Below, piece by piece: positions 12,001 through 18,898 of a DNA stretch of 64,000 nt. This DNA is from a virus. Its lineage: Duplodnaviria; Caudoviricetes. Location: the IMG/VR virus record IMGVR_UViG_3300021425_002620; one strand, written 5' to 3'. The translations under genes and the position numbers were made by a program. Every line of letters starts with the position of its first letter. Positions within the stretch are counted from its first letter, which is position 1. The notes under the pieces are model-generated. The model was not told the DNA's origin. It did not search any database and saw only the letters and a program-made list of their open reading frames with translations.

Positions 12001-14268
12001 GTTAGAATTGATGATCCTAGCTATCCAAGTAATCCGTCAAATCCAAATGCAGAAATGCCTAGCATTACAGGCAATGGAACACAAATTTTAATTAACTTGG
12101 CAGACTTTGGTATTATTGGACTTGATGGAGATAGGTTTGTTGTGAGAAAAATATCTTCAGACGGTTCTTTCTTGCCTGACGCTACAGCATACGATACTCA
12201 ATTAATTGGTGGCGACTTCTTAGGCAATGCACAGGGTGTAAATGCAGAAGATATTATTATTGATGGCGATCTGTTTGTTACTAGTATTAATAGCGGCGGC
12301 CCTGAAGAACTAGTACCGGGACAAGTATTAGATACTGTTGATATTACTGTTTATGAAAGAACAGGATCTGGCAACGGAGACATATATAATCAAACATTTA
12401 TAACTAATACAACTGATGTAGTGTTTAATATGGGAATATTACCAAGTAGCGATGATGCAGTAATTGTAAAACTTGACGGAGAAATTTTAGATAGCAGCAA
12501 ATATACTTTAGACTACAAGGCGCTTACTATAACATTTAAAGAGACATTTGATGCTAACCAAAGTTTAAATATTTTAACAATTGGAGTCACTGGACAAAAT
12601 ATTCTAAATATTTCACAAATTATTACAGATGGTATTAATATTGCATTTGAAACAACAACACCTTGGGAAAGTACATTACAAATTTATACTAGACTTAACG
12701 GTAAAATTACAGAAGAATTAGAAGTTATTGCAAGAAAAAGCGCAAACGGATTTGTTGAGTTCTTATTCAATCCAGATATACCAGAGGCTGGTAATATTTT
12801 AGATTACGAAATATATTCAAATATAGAACAACAAAATTACAGCAGAGTAGTTAGAGATTCTTATCTTGCAGATATAGGACAAAAAGAATATATACTATCT
12901 GAAACTCCAATATACAAAACACCAAGTTCTTTCTTTACAGTAGTAATGTTAGACAATAAAGTTCAAAGACCAGGATATCAAAGAGTGTTTGTTGTTGAAG
13001 ATGCTAATGAATTAAATTATAGATTGGAAACATTCCAAGTACCGTTTTCGTCAATAGATATTGACGAAGTATTTGTATATGTCAATGGTAATCTATTAAC
13101 AAGGAATGTTTCGTTTACTGTTAATATTAGTAATAGCAGTATTAATTTCTTACCTGGATTATTAAATGAAGGTGATAAAATTGAAATATTCTTAGAAAAT
13201 GGTAGTTACACAATTGAAGGAAGTAAACTAATACTAAATCAAGAGCCCGTTGTAGGTACAAAAGTTGAAGTTATTCAATTTAGTAATCATGATGTTGTTG
13301 ATATACATCGTACTAGTTATGATATTGAAAGACCAAACACTTTAGCTTCAGGTGCAGAATTTAATAGATATCATAATTTAACTGCTGGTAAAATTATACT
13401 TAATGTTCCTGCAATTGAAGTACAGTACATATGGATTGCTGTTAACGGCGAACTGTTAACACCAACAGTTGATTATAAATTATCTACACCACAATTAATA
13501 CAATTGAATAATACACTAAATGAAGGCGACGACATTGATATTATTCACTTTGCAGCACCAATTGCAACACCTGTTATTGCATGGAAGCAATTTAAAGATA
13601 TTCTTAATAGAACACATTACAAGCGTTTTGATACAGCAGAAGGAATATATCTAACACAGCCTTTAAATAATAATGATTTGCGTATATATGTCAATGATAC
13701 AACAACATTACAAAAACCAAATAAAAAATTAAATCAACCAGGTATTATTTGGATTGAAAAAGAGCGTATTGAGTATTTTGCAATAGACGGAAATTCACTT
13801 CGCCAACTTCGAAGATCAACCCACGGTACAGGTACAGGTGATATATATGATATAGGTACACCAGTCTATGCAATGGGTATTGCTAAAAATATGCCTTATA
13901 AGGACGAAGTAATAACTAGCAATTATACAGCAACAGATCAGCAATCGTTCTTTATATTAGACTTTACACCTAACAGTGTAAACGAATTTGAAGTATTTGC
14001 AGCAGGCAAAAGGTTGCGTAAAAACGAAATTAAATCTTTTGATCCTACACTAGCACTAGACAGTCCAGATGGTGATGTTATATTACCGCCTGAATTTACA
14101 GTAGTTAACAATACCTTGGCTTTAACAGAGCCGCTAGAAGAAGGTCAAAAACTAACAGTAGTAAGAAAAATTGGCAAACTATGGAATAACACCGGTGAAC
14201 CACTTAAAGATGCAGAAAATGACATTGCAAGATTCTTGCGTAAGAGCATAAGTGAATTACCGAAATAA
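1..14268 (+). CDS. Giant virion structural protein (baseplate wedge-like), 5'-partial, >4,750 aa
   Basis: Frame 1 has no stop from base 1 (GIKAFDVDNNEIPPINIEEGTIEFTVPFNAPENLYY), so the TTG at 100 is not the true start. Contains FG-GAP-like blades (QGFGESIAMSPDGKILVVGSP; NWGISIDISKDGNTLIIGEP; DQFGYAVSLSDEYLAVSS), CBM-like GxW...YxxGDIVxY motifs, 'ITDPGTGYISAPEI'-type repeats and repeated VxVNG...DY modules typical of jumbo-phage baseplate proteins. Confidence 0.8.
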   Translation, partial: GIKAFDVDNNEIPPINIEEGTIEFTVPFNAPENLYYVSSTSINTSGFIKVFDIVENTSIDVNEIIGKRYYKSANGVELSNGLKINFLGNVTPAEYSNSEYYVEGVGESIRLVDERNLVIPASYTGDVLVPFDSEPFDRRPFGNASAYAGTKDYIVVNRASLDRNAWSRYNRWFHKDIIEKSAKYNNQEVVIDLSERASRPIIEFEAGLKLFNYGINSKHDVDLIDTITTDAFSTIEKTTGYNIDGVSIANGMRILFTADTDKRVNNKIYEVKIIRFDNENVISLLEVEDSEPVLNETVLVKNGTDNAGLIYYFNGTGWHLAQEKTQPNQPPLFDLFDHSGTSFADTIQYPDSTFRGTKIFNYKVSEVEAPDAELGFGLSYKNIENLGDILFEFPLVTEQIQYSLDNQILTYNLEAGFLKKYNSVTEFVYQNGWTSANKLSEQAAIMQYISLGTDNEEFDINVFTSIHDRIIVFVNNDIKYENTDYTISDDRKLQFTNNLNVDDNIVIKLYSKEAIVNPNAYYEIASNIERNPLNENPDSFTLGEVLDHVNTIQENLSILEQKPLRDYGDVDQYGRRFVKHSGPINLALYHVVDKEANIVKALRFSKNEYAKFKRQFLQTASDLGFDGPVKLHVDKVLQKMMSEKTEGMPFYFSDMAPYRSDSRISYVVQPSSSKFFALSKLFNLDSLSEQAVLVYHNGNQLIHDKDYVFTDEGFVKINIDLVNGDEIDIYEYESTDGCYIPATPTKLGLYPAYHPVKYLDTTTALNREVIQGHDGSIIVAFGDFRDNLILDLEKRIFNNIKQKYNKDIFDINDFVGGVSRNTGFTRQQINSAMAADFVQWNDIAGGLDYSNIDFWTQTNRFTFNFASMNAPTGATLPGFWRGVYKEAYDTDRPHTHPWEMLGFTIEPTWWVEVYGPAPYTNSNLVMWEDIEKGIIKNPNSQPVVESKYKRPGLLNNLPVDSQGRLVDPLTSNYAKNYIQSNTRNQFTYGDHSPVETAWRQSSEYPFALITSWILNQPAKVLGIGYDISRIKRNLVGHLVYTESNTPIRTTDLVFPNTYNDNERVLSSGLVNYVYNYLATNIDVTWKSYIENIKLIDNKLSIKVGGYTEKEKFKLILDSRTPLNEGNVFVPEENYQIILNKSAPVTTAVLSGVIVEKRANGWSISGYDKEKASFDYFEPIIRSTDPVINVGGISEEFVDWNSGKQYVKSQNVRLDGFFYRCTSSHISGATIDLDKFVKIAELPLVGGRDGVLRRAFSSRVLNYPYGTTLTTVQDVVDFLLGYEAYLKDQGFIFDYFNKETGSIEDWTFSVKEFLFWTTQNWAVNSVLTLSPGAQQFKFYKDFTVVDDIFDKFYNYSVVKADGKNLQRNFTSIARDSENQFGLSVKNSEDGIYGVRLPLVQIEHVILLDNETVFNDVIYDRPAGYRQERIKVTGYRSDNWTGGLNIPGFIYDEAKVTDWESWKDYSVGSLVKYKEFYYVSKTDLAGVENFVPEDWERLDERPQSRLIPNFDYRSIQFADFYDLDSDNFDVEQQKHAQHLIGYQKRQYLSNIINDDVSQYKFYQGFIQDKGTTNALTKLFDALGSDNKDSLEFFEEWALRTGQYGAVDSYEEVEYIIDENQLKVQPQTVELVNDLTIDDTNLTLKILPYQVNARPSDYNHKPFPIVDNYYKEVKDSGYINEDDIAFTIENLEDILTADVNRISSNQYIWVTGRDQDWDVLQHVVSDYKVVGIEGFAESADAIDTNANPLATITLTKATNFKVGDVIGVRSLGRGNDGFYQIEGLRNNKLDVRTGITQTIQNIDDESGNGYLTILRSVRATNIQDANLIIEKDLRHDQKLWIDGTNNKWSVLQKQESFLDFKEYYVKDDDLAVKNSYGNSIAVSAENANIAIGNSVANNGVVELWQRPTYKSEFKVLNVLKPDLTTAPMDPGQGFGESIAMSPDGKILVVGSPNASNVSGHYRGLWDQDTAYEGHDIVSYQENFWRAVRDVPATETALVYSTFDSYGTIEAAATAAGFITKATEENTGTPLEDIGDVTLLLQGQPYFPNQVVDHLLVRAPYDQYRASKPTDNIVLKWNLYTNLNRASEGSPIEVWPNGLNVTNPEEGYTIPNSTFINGGFTGNGKHEILAKVDYVLYLTAFNNPPSIGDTITNDQGAAIIESVFILQDKMLLYVKDTNGIFPKTAEIRNSDEDVIGEYTQPNYEFINQLGGFWKIQTQEYINADEFSDLKSFGTPAYGLIYQDLIVSDDLRDTKYYYNSLDFVFPNNTNRYLSYITTLSHRGLEYSENPQDFFDSRWLVRLPKALDSVSVGSNIRVYIEPQNPQYDFELASLHVGSVVADINSDPHEILDLWDGWIDFIQIDRQPVGVDTDSDGQFQDFFEPLVGSVIEDQFTGASAEVTYYLNRNVNKARAYIKNKTGNFSIGSSLILNTIENGNPNQRRMGEIQAVSTIGPDTGRLAVLEHPSSNNFPIHPNSYGGLAEFSDLNVFALANKEYWVYEEDQTETGRDLPASVPSVLNNDWNLVYNAPVDNEGTLKNITNEGAYSIYTRTDSSWNLVSTYTIPGSATGLVGQRVGQKVAIAQDGELYRIYIGSKDKVYLLKHGTDKDGNTYNYALDKDQRYRGAWSSTESYLIGDIVIYNSELYQARTFILNVVPTFRDKWQKIDYRINYLSHIPNDHPLYSGAIDNPDALFDPLGENVIDFTRDLAVSQNGEVIVISVETDTTIDADNKVLIYRLEDTRYVYHQQIVAPTSGSNWGISIDISKDGNTLIIGEPGNDEDGFDTGKVYIYTLDPNGNHFVLKQTISGPGTELADQFGYAVSLSDEYLAVSSFNGNIKVETRFDRYQDPIDLGSYVLDENSAETTQTTFDDGFTTFLSDHVNSGSVTLYQDIEGHWLQAEQLEYIGTSDVDGGSRFARSLLMNENNVYVGLPTNPTIGAGSTNPGSFLDYVMEKGTHSWSVVRSPQPVVDVNKIKHAFLYNIKTNQLVTYLDFVDPIQGKIVGEADQEISWKSYIDLARYNATNFPEFFSETNNWEEQNVGKVWWDISTARFKDAYHGDAVLQANNWNTLVPGYSVDVYEWVESEVIPSEWDSLADTPVGLNRGISGKSKYGDDAYSVKLVYNQETGAFSERYFFWVKDKFTLPAKENRSKTVSDIAKLIADPRGQGYRYVTLLSNDRFALYNCESLISDKDVALNIGYYTSDAEVKNIHFEYQILSEGLETSLPKSDLERKWIHSLVGYDDRGREVPDLTLPLKQRYGTLFKPRQSWFVNRQEALKEVVERANIVLRNNVIVDDFDLTLLNAKEEVPLVSTRLYDRIVDTELDLQFLGTAKVETAVLTPIVSDNGSVRRVAIQNSGRGYNDLTFVPTTSTKRNGPSYTIIGDGTDLDLDITINNLGQITKVDIINAGQNFTSNTQIVVRPLSVLVRSDSTADGRWAIYHYDTQDDVTPWKRIQVQSFDTSLYWDYEDWYADGYNQFTQVDFLVDQSYQLYSLDDEIGDIIKIKEIGTAGWLLLKKVDNTGDRDYTFDYETIGRENGTIQFNNKIYNKNSSFVGFDNYPYDGNFYDTEPVEETRNILSALKDNLFIDNLAVHYNELFFASVRYVLSEQLNVDWVFKTSFVKAKHNVGELEQKITYQNDSLPSYNDYINEVKPYSTSIREYLSSYEKTDNTRTLVSDFDVPPYYDRDTKKITPAKVTVIDDELVIYDDRFDEYPDKNWKDNVGYKVTSVNIFDPGAGYTVAPTITFVGGGGTGAKAKAYIGAGKIRSIEITDPGTGYISAPEIILSGSVSNNGRSGSLNAVIGDTVVRSMNVNVKFDRVSGQFFVIDLPETQQFTGTGAKTKFDLKWPMDLRNNKIQVFINDEKALRNDYVYLNVTNNDLSYTRQLGQIAFVRPPELDSVIRIEYFKDPAMLSAQDRIKHRYYPTEGMPGVDLGQLMSGVDYGGVEVRSFDFDGPAGWDTDEWYTSTWDTYDNTFEDQLFVADGSTTVIELETPLEKDVIYNIYRNGVRIDDPSYPSNPSNPNAEMPSITGNGTQILINLADFGIIGLDGDRFVVRKISSDGSFLPDATAYDTQLIGGDFLGNAQGVNAEDIIIDGDLFVTSINSGGPEELVPGQVLDTVDITVYERTGSGNGDIYNQTFITNTTDVVFNMGILPSSDDAVIVKLDGEILDSSKYTLDYKALTITFKETFDANQSLNILTIGVTGQNILNISQIITDGINIAFETTTPWESTLQIYTRLNGKITEELEVIARKSANGFVEFLFNPDIPEAGNILDYEIYSNIEQQNYSRVVRDSYLADIGQKEYILSETPIYKTPSSFFTVVMLDNKVQRPGYQRVFVVEDANELNYRLETFQVPFSSIDIDEVFVYVNGNLLTRNVSFTVNISNSSINFLPGLLNEGDKIEIFLENGSYTIEGSKLILNQEPVVGTKVEVIQFSNHDVVDIHRTSYDIERPNTLASGAEFNRYHNLTAGKIILNVPAIEVQYIWIAVNGELLTPTVDYKLSTPQLIQLNNTLNEGDDIDIIHFAAPIATPVIAWKQFKDILNRTHYKRFDTAEGIYLTQPLNNNDLRIYVNDTTTLQKPNKKLNQPGIIWIEKERIEYFAIDGNSLRQLRRSTHGTGTGDIYDIGTPVYAMGIAKNMPYKDEVITSNYTATDQQSFFILDFTPNSVNEFEVFAAGKRLRKNEIKSFDPTLALDSPDGDVILPPEFTVVNNTLALTEPLEEGQKLTVVRKIGKLWNNTGEPLKDAENDIARFLRKSISELPK

Positions 14269-14271
14269 ATA
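14265..14271 (+). promoter_or_regulatory. T4-late-like promoter box ATAAATA
   Basis: cgaaATAAATAcac overlaps the giant ORF stop, 18 nt before ATG 14290; the same box recurs before other structural genes. Confidence 0.6.
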
Positions 14272-14289
14272 CACTTGTAGGAACGGAAA

Positions 14290-14910
14290 ATGACAAACAT
14301 GATAAATGAACATAACGGAGTATTTGTGCAAGGACACATTAAGATACACAACCCCGAAACGGGAGAAGTTCTTGTTGACAAAAAGAACGCAATACACTAT
14401 GAAAATATGAGTATTGCACTTGCAGAAAGTTTAGGCAATGCCGGACAAGGTCCTATTGCTGAAATGAGTTTTGGTAATGGCGGCACTAATGTTGACCCAA
14501 CAGGGATTATTACATACTTAACGCCAAACACTACCGGAACTAATGCAGGTTTATATAACCAAACATTTACTAAAGTAGTAGATGATAGAAACGCTGATAA
14601 TACCGATCCTACAAGAAATAAAATTGAAACTAGACATATTAGCGGAACTAATTACACAGATATCTTAATTACATGTTTGTTAGATTATGGTGAACCAAAC
14701 GGTCAGGATGCTTTTGATACAGCATCTGACGAAAATGCATTATATGTATTTGATGAACTAGGTCTAAGAAGTTCAAGTCAAACTGGACAATTAGGCGAAG
14801 GTCAACTTTTAACACATGTTATTTTCCATCCTGTGCAAAAGAGCTTAAACAGACTAATACAAATTGATTATACTGTAAGAGTACAAAGTTTGAGCGGAGG
14901 TAATTCATAA
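14290..14910 (+). CDS. Conserved virion structural protein (baseplate/tail-associated)
   Basis: 206 aa; FDELGL...LLTHVIFHPVQKSLNRLIQIDYTVRV C-terminus recalled from jumbo-phage structural proteins; lies in the structural operon. Confidence 0.6.
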   Translation: MTNMINEHNGVFVQGHIKIHNPETGEVLVDKKNAIHYENMSIALAESLGNAGQGPIAEMSFGNGGTNVDPTGIITYLTPNTTGTNAGLYNQTFTKVVDDRNADNTDPTRNKIETRHISGTNYTDILITCLLDYGEPNGQDAFDTASDENALYVFDELGLRSSSQTGQLGEGQLLTHVIFHPVQKSLNRLIQIDYTVRVQSLSGGNS

Positions 14911-17009
14911 TGCCATACGAGATTCCATTTACTGACAGAGTTAATAAAGGTACGATAGTTGTAGAAGATCGTGAAATTAATGATAGTGCTACAAGTATTA
15001 GTTTTCTCGGAAGGCAAGCAACAGGATACGGACAAGCAATCGCTGAAAACTTCCTCCATATGCTGGAAAATTTTGCAAGTATTCAACCTCCAGAAAATCC
15101 TGTAGAAGGCCAAACATGGTATGACACAACAGTTGGAACAGAACAATTAAAAGTTTATGACGGAACAAACTGGGTAGCAGCTGGAGGCATTAAAAAAGGA
15201 ACAACAGAGCCCGACTTAGGTTTAAGTTTAACCGGAGATCTTTGGGTAGATACAGCAAATCAACAGTTATATTTGAATAACGGTGCAAGTTGGTTGCTTG
15301 TTGGACCAGAGTTTAGCGGCGGCCTTGGATCAGGGTTACAAGCAGAACAGATTTTAGGAACTGATGACCAGCTTCATATTGTATTAAAAGTTGAAGTTGC
15401 TAACATTCCAGTTGCTATTATTACTAGTGATGCATTTACTCCTAAATCAACTATTAGAGGTTATACAGAACTTAAACCGGGTATAAACTTAACAACAAGA
15501 AATATTTCTGGAGGTGTACTAAAATACCGCGGATTAGCCGAAGCTGCCGAATCGTTGCGTGTAGGTACAACAAATATTGAATCTACAAACTTTATAAGAG
15601 GAGACATCGATTATAACTCTTATGGAGTATTAAGAATAAAAAATGATAACGGTGCAGAATTTGGAACTAATGGTCAATTAACAGCAAAAGCATCAGGTAA
15701 TGTTGCAATACTTCAAAGTAATATTAATGGTGCTAGCCTTGATATAAAAACAAAAGACGCCAGCGGTTATAGCACCATTATTAAAGCAACTAGCACCAAG
15801 TATGTTGGTATTAATAATTCTAACCCTCAAGTTTCGTTAGATGTAACCGGAAGTGCTAAAATTAGTGATGCTATAGAAATTGGAAATACTGACGAAGCAG
15901 ATGCTACATTTGGAGATGATCTTAGTTTAGGATCTATAGTAACTTCAGGCGGTATGAGTATTGCTAAAAATTTAAAAATTGGTACTAATTTATTAGTAAA
16001 AGGAACAACAGCTTTTGGCAATTCAATTACAGTTGATCCTGATGCAGTTACACAACCATCTATTGGTACAGACGATTATAGATTTAAAGATGTATATGCA
16101 GATACCTTCCATGGATTTTTTAAAGGATCAGTTGAAGGTACAATTACAGGTGCAGCATCAAGTGCTGCTAAACTAACAAACAGAACTACATTCAAAGTTA
16201 CAGGTGATGTTACAGCAGACGATGTAATCTTTGACGGTTCTGGAGAACTTACAAAAACATTTGATATTACGGTTAACAGTGATTTTATTACAACAAAAAC
16301 TGATGTAACAGAGTTACAAAACGGTGATGAAGTTTTGATTAACAGAACTACCGGCGACACTGGTATTTTTAAAATTACTAAAACTAATTTCTTAAAAGAT
16401 GTTCCAAAAAATCCAGTGGGGATGATTGTTCCTTTTGCAGGTGATATTGCACCGCCTGGATGGTTTTTATGTGATGGAACAATATTACGTCAAGCTGACG
16501 CAGTAGCATTATTTAATGTTATTGGTTATAAGTTTAAATCTCAATCAGATCTCGATGATGAAGGAATTCAGTCAACTGCATTTTTTGCTCTTCCGGACTT
16601 GAGAGGTAGAATGCCGTTGGGTGCTGATAATATGGGCGACCTTCCAGCAGATCGAGTAACAAATATTGCAGCTGATACAATTGGTCTTTCGGGCGGTAGT
16701 GAAGCTAAAGACATAAAAATAGAAAACTTACCAGAACACGAGCATGATTTAAAATCACCAGGCGGTATTGGACATTACGCAATACGTGATGACGAAGTAG
16801 CACTAGCAGATGCACAAAGTGGTAACGTACAGAGTTTGAATATTTCAACAGGCACAGCAACTACTAGTGGTCTTGCTTCTTCGGGTGGAATTGACGGCGG
16901 CGGCCCAACAGGAAATGGTGTGTTTAGAGGAGCAGAGCAGTTAGGTGCAGCATTAGAAATTATGCCTCCATACTTAACAATAAATTATATAATATTTGCA
17001 GACACCTAA
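14910..17009 (+). CDS. Tail fibre/baseplate protein with phage tail collar domain
   Basis: PVGMIVPFAGDIAPPGWFLCDG...FALPDLRGRMPLG is the tail collar signature; the N-terminal module is shared with the next two genes. Confidence 0.8.
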   Translation: MPYEIPFTDRVNKGTIVVEDREINDSATSISFLGRQATGYGQAIAENFLHMLENFASIQPPENPVEGQTWYDTTVGTEQLKVYDGTNWVAAGGIKKGTTEPDLGLSLTGDLWVDTANQQLYLNNGASWLLVGPEFSGGLGSGLQAEQILGTDDQLHIVLKVEVANIPVAIITSDAFTPKSTIRGYTELKPGINLTTRNISGGVLKYRGLAEAAESLRVGTTNIESTNFIRGDIDYNSYGVLRIKNDNGAEFGTNGQLTAKASGNVAILQSNINGASLDIKTKDASGYSTIIKATSTKYVGINNSNPQVSLDVTGSAKISDAIEIGNTDEADATFGDDLSLGSIVTSGGMSIAKNLKIGTNLLVKGTTAFGNSITVDPDAVTQPSIGTDDYRFKDVYADTFHGFFKGSVEGTITGAASSAAKLTNRTTFKVTGDVTADDVIFDGSGELTKTFDITVNSDFITTKTDVTELQNGDEVLINRTTGDTGIFKITKTNFLKDVPKNPVGMIVPFAGDIAPPGWFLCDGTILRQADAVALFNVIGYKFKSQSDLDDEGIQSTAFFALPDLRGRMPLGADNMGDLPADRVTNIAADTIGLSGGSEAKDIKIENLPEHEHDLKSPGGIGHYAIRDDEVALADAQSGNVQSLNISTGTATTSGLASSGGIDGGGPTGNGVFRGAEQLGAALEIMPPYLTINYIIFADT

Positions 17010-17021
17010 GGATAAGAACTA

Positions 17022-18857
17022 ATGGCATATACAATTAACAGAACTGACGGAACTTTACTAGTAGAGCTGATTGACGGAATACTTGATGTCGATACTACAG
17101 ACATAAGTTTAGTAGGTAGAAACTACACAGGATTTGGAGAAGCAGTAAACGAAAACTTTATTAAGTTGCTTGAAAACTTTGCTAACACTAATCAGCCATC
17201 TGCTCCGCTTACAGGTCAGCTTTGGTACGATAAGTCAGAAAATAAGTTAAAGGTGTTTGATGGAGAAACCTTTCAGTCTGCAGCAGGTTCTTTTATCAGT
17301 GAAACATTTCCATCAGGTCCTATTCCAGGAGACACTTGGTTTAGTACTATTGATAAGCAGTTTTATTTGTTTACCGGAACAGATTGGCAATTAATTGGTC
17401 CTGCATATACTTCGTCGCAAGGAACTAGTGGTATTGTAGTTGACTCTATTGATGATTTAAACCTTACACCAATTACAGTATTAAAATTAGTTATAAACGA
17501 AAGTTTAGTTGCGGTACTTTCAAACATAGAATTTATTCCAAACCAGTTACCAACTAATATTGTTCAAGGATTAGTCACAGAGTCAAATCCAACAGGTACA
17601 ATATATAAAGGTTGGAATCTTGTAGACCAAATAGGATTTGTTTATCGTGGCACTACTAGAAATGCACAAAACTTATTATCAGCAGCAGGAAGAGAACTTC
17701 CTGCAAGTGAATTTTTACAAAGTTCTACAGATAACATAGTTTCAAGATTATTTACTATTGACAATGATGGTGGTTTAGTTATCGGTAGTGGACAAGAAGG
17801 ACGTTTTGTTGTTGATGACGGTGTATCTATAAGAAGTACGGAATTAGGTTTCGACTTTAATATCGATGTTAACAGTAGTGCAGATCCGGTTGCTAGAACA
17901 ACTGCAATTAAAATTAAGCCAAACACAAAACGTGTTGGTATATTCCAATCTAATCCGCAATATAATTTAGATGTTACAGGTAGTGCAAGAATTACAGGCG
18001 ACTTAATTGTTGAAGGTGATCAAGTTACTACTAATGTTACAACACTTGATGTTGAAGATAAAAATATTGAATTAGGATCAGTTGCAGGACCAACTGACAA
18101 TACAGCAGACGGTGGCGGCATTACACTTAAAGGTTCTACAGATAAAACAATTAATTGGTATAATTTAACAAACAGTTGGACATCTTCAGAACATTTTGAT
18201 TTGGTAGCAGGACGTGAATATAGAATTGAGAACACACAAGTTCTATCGGCAACAACACTAGGTAACGGAGTAACTAACAGTAATTTAGAAAACTTAGGAA
18301 CACTTACTAGTTTAACAGTTAATACTACTAGATTGGTTAATAATATTCTAACACGTACTGGAGGCTTAACAGGATTCCAAATTAATGTTGGAGGAGATAT
18401 TAATGTAACTTCTAGTAAAATTGTTAATATGACAGAGCCTACAGATGATTACGATGCTGCTAACAAAATTTATGTTGATAGAACAATACAAACAGAACCA
18501 ATTATTTTCAGCATGGATTTAACTGGTTATGTTTCGGGTGAATACAACGATAGATTGATTGACTATCTAAACGATTTATATCCTCCTAGTGCATTTGCAG
18601 AAGGTAAAAAAGCAAGAGTTGCTTGCTATTACTACGGAAACCAATCAACAGACCCAATTGACGTTGCAACAAACTCGTCAACTACTACAGTAGAGGTTAA
18701 TGCAGCAGCAGGCGGCACGGTAAGTGTGTTACAAGGTATTAATTTACCAAACAGTTTAACGCCGTCATTTACATTAAGCATTACAAGAGAAACAAGATAC
18801 TTTATTATCAATAATTTAGGAAATTGGATAGTGAATAGTGACACTAATAACCTATAA
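17022..18857 (+). CDS. Virion structural/fibre-like protein
   Basis: N-terminal module (VGRNYTGFGEAVNENFIKLLENFA...GQLWYD) paralogous to neighbours; fibre-like beta repeats (RVGIFQSNPQYNLDVTG; VTTLDVEDKNIELG). Confidence 0.7.
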   Translation: MAYTINRTDGTLLVELIDGILDVDTTDISLVGRNYTGFGEAVNENFIKLLENFANTNQPSAPLTGQLWYDKSENKLKVFDGETFQSAAGSFISETFPSGPIPGDTWFSTIDKQFYLFTGTDWQLIGPAYTSSQGTSGIVVDSIDDLNLTPITVLKLVINESLVAVLSNIEFIPNQLPTNIVQGLVTESNPTGTIYKGWNLVDQIGFVYRGTTRNAQNLLSAAGRELPASEFLQSSTDNIVSRLFTIDNDGGLVIGSGQEGRFVVDDGVSIRSTELGFDFNIDVNSSADPVARTTAIKIKPNTKRVGIFQSNPQYNLDVTGSARITGDLIVEGDQVTTNVTTLDVEDKNIELGSVAGPTDNTADGGGITLKGSTDKTINWYNLTNSWTSSEHFDLVAGREYRIENTQVLSATTLGNGVTNSNLENLGTLTSLTVNTTRLVNNILTRTGGLTGFQINVGGDINVTSSKIVNMTEPTDDYDAANKIYVDRTIQTEPIIFSMDLTGYVSGEYNDRLIDYLNDLYPPSAFAEGKKARVACYYYGNQSTDPIDVATNSSTTTVEVNAAAGGTVSVLQGINLPNSLTPSFTLSITRETRYFIINNLGNWIVNSDTNNL

Positions 18858-18860
18858 TGA

Positions 18861-18867
18861 ATAAATA
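18861..18867 (+). promoter_or_regulatory. T4-late-like promoter box ATAAATA
   Basis: In the 41-bp intergenic gap, followed by SD GAGGA and ATG 18899. Confidence 0.6.
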
Positions 18868-18898
18868 CAGTACAAGATACATTATTGAGGACACTTAA

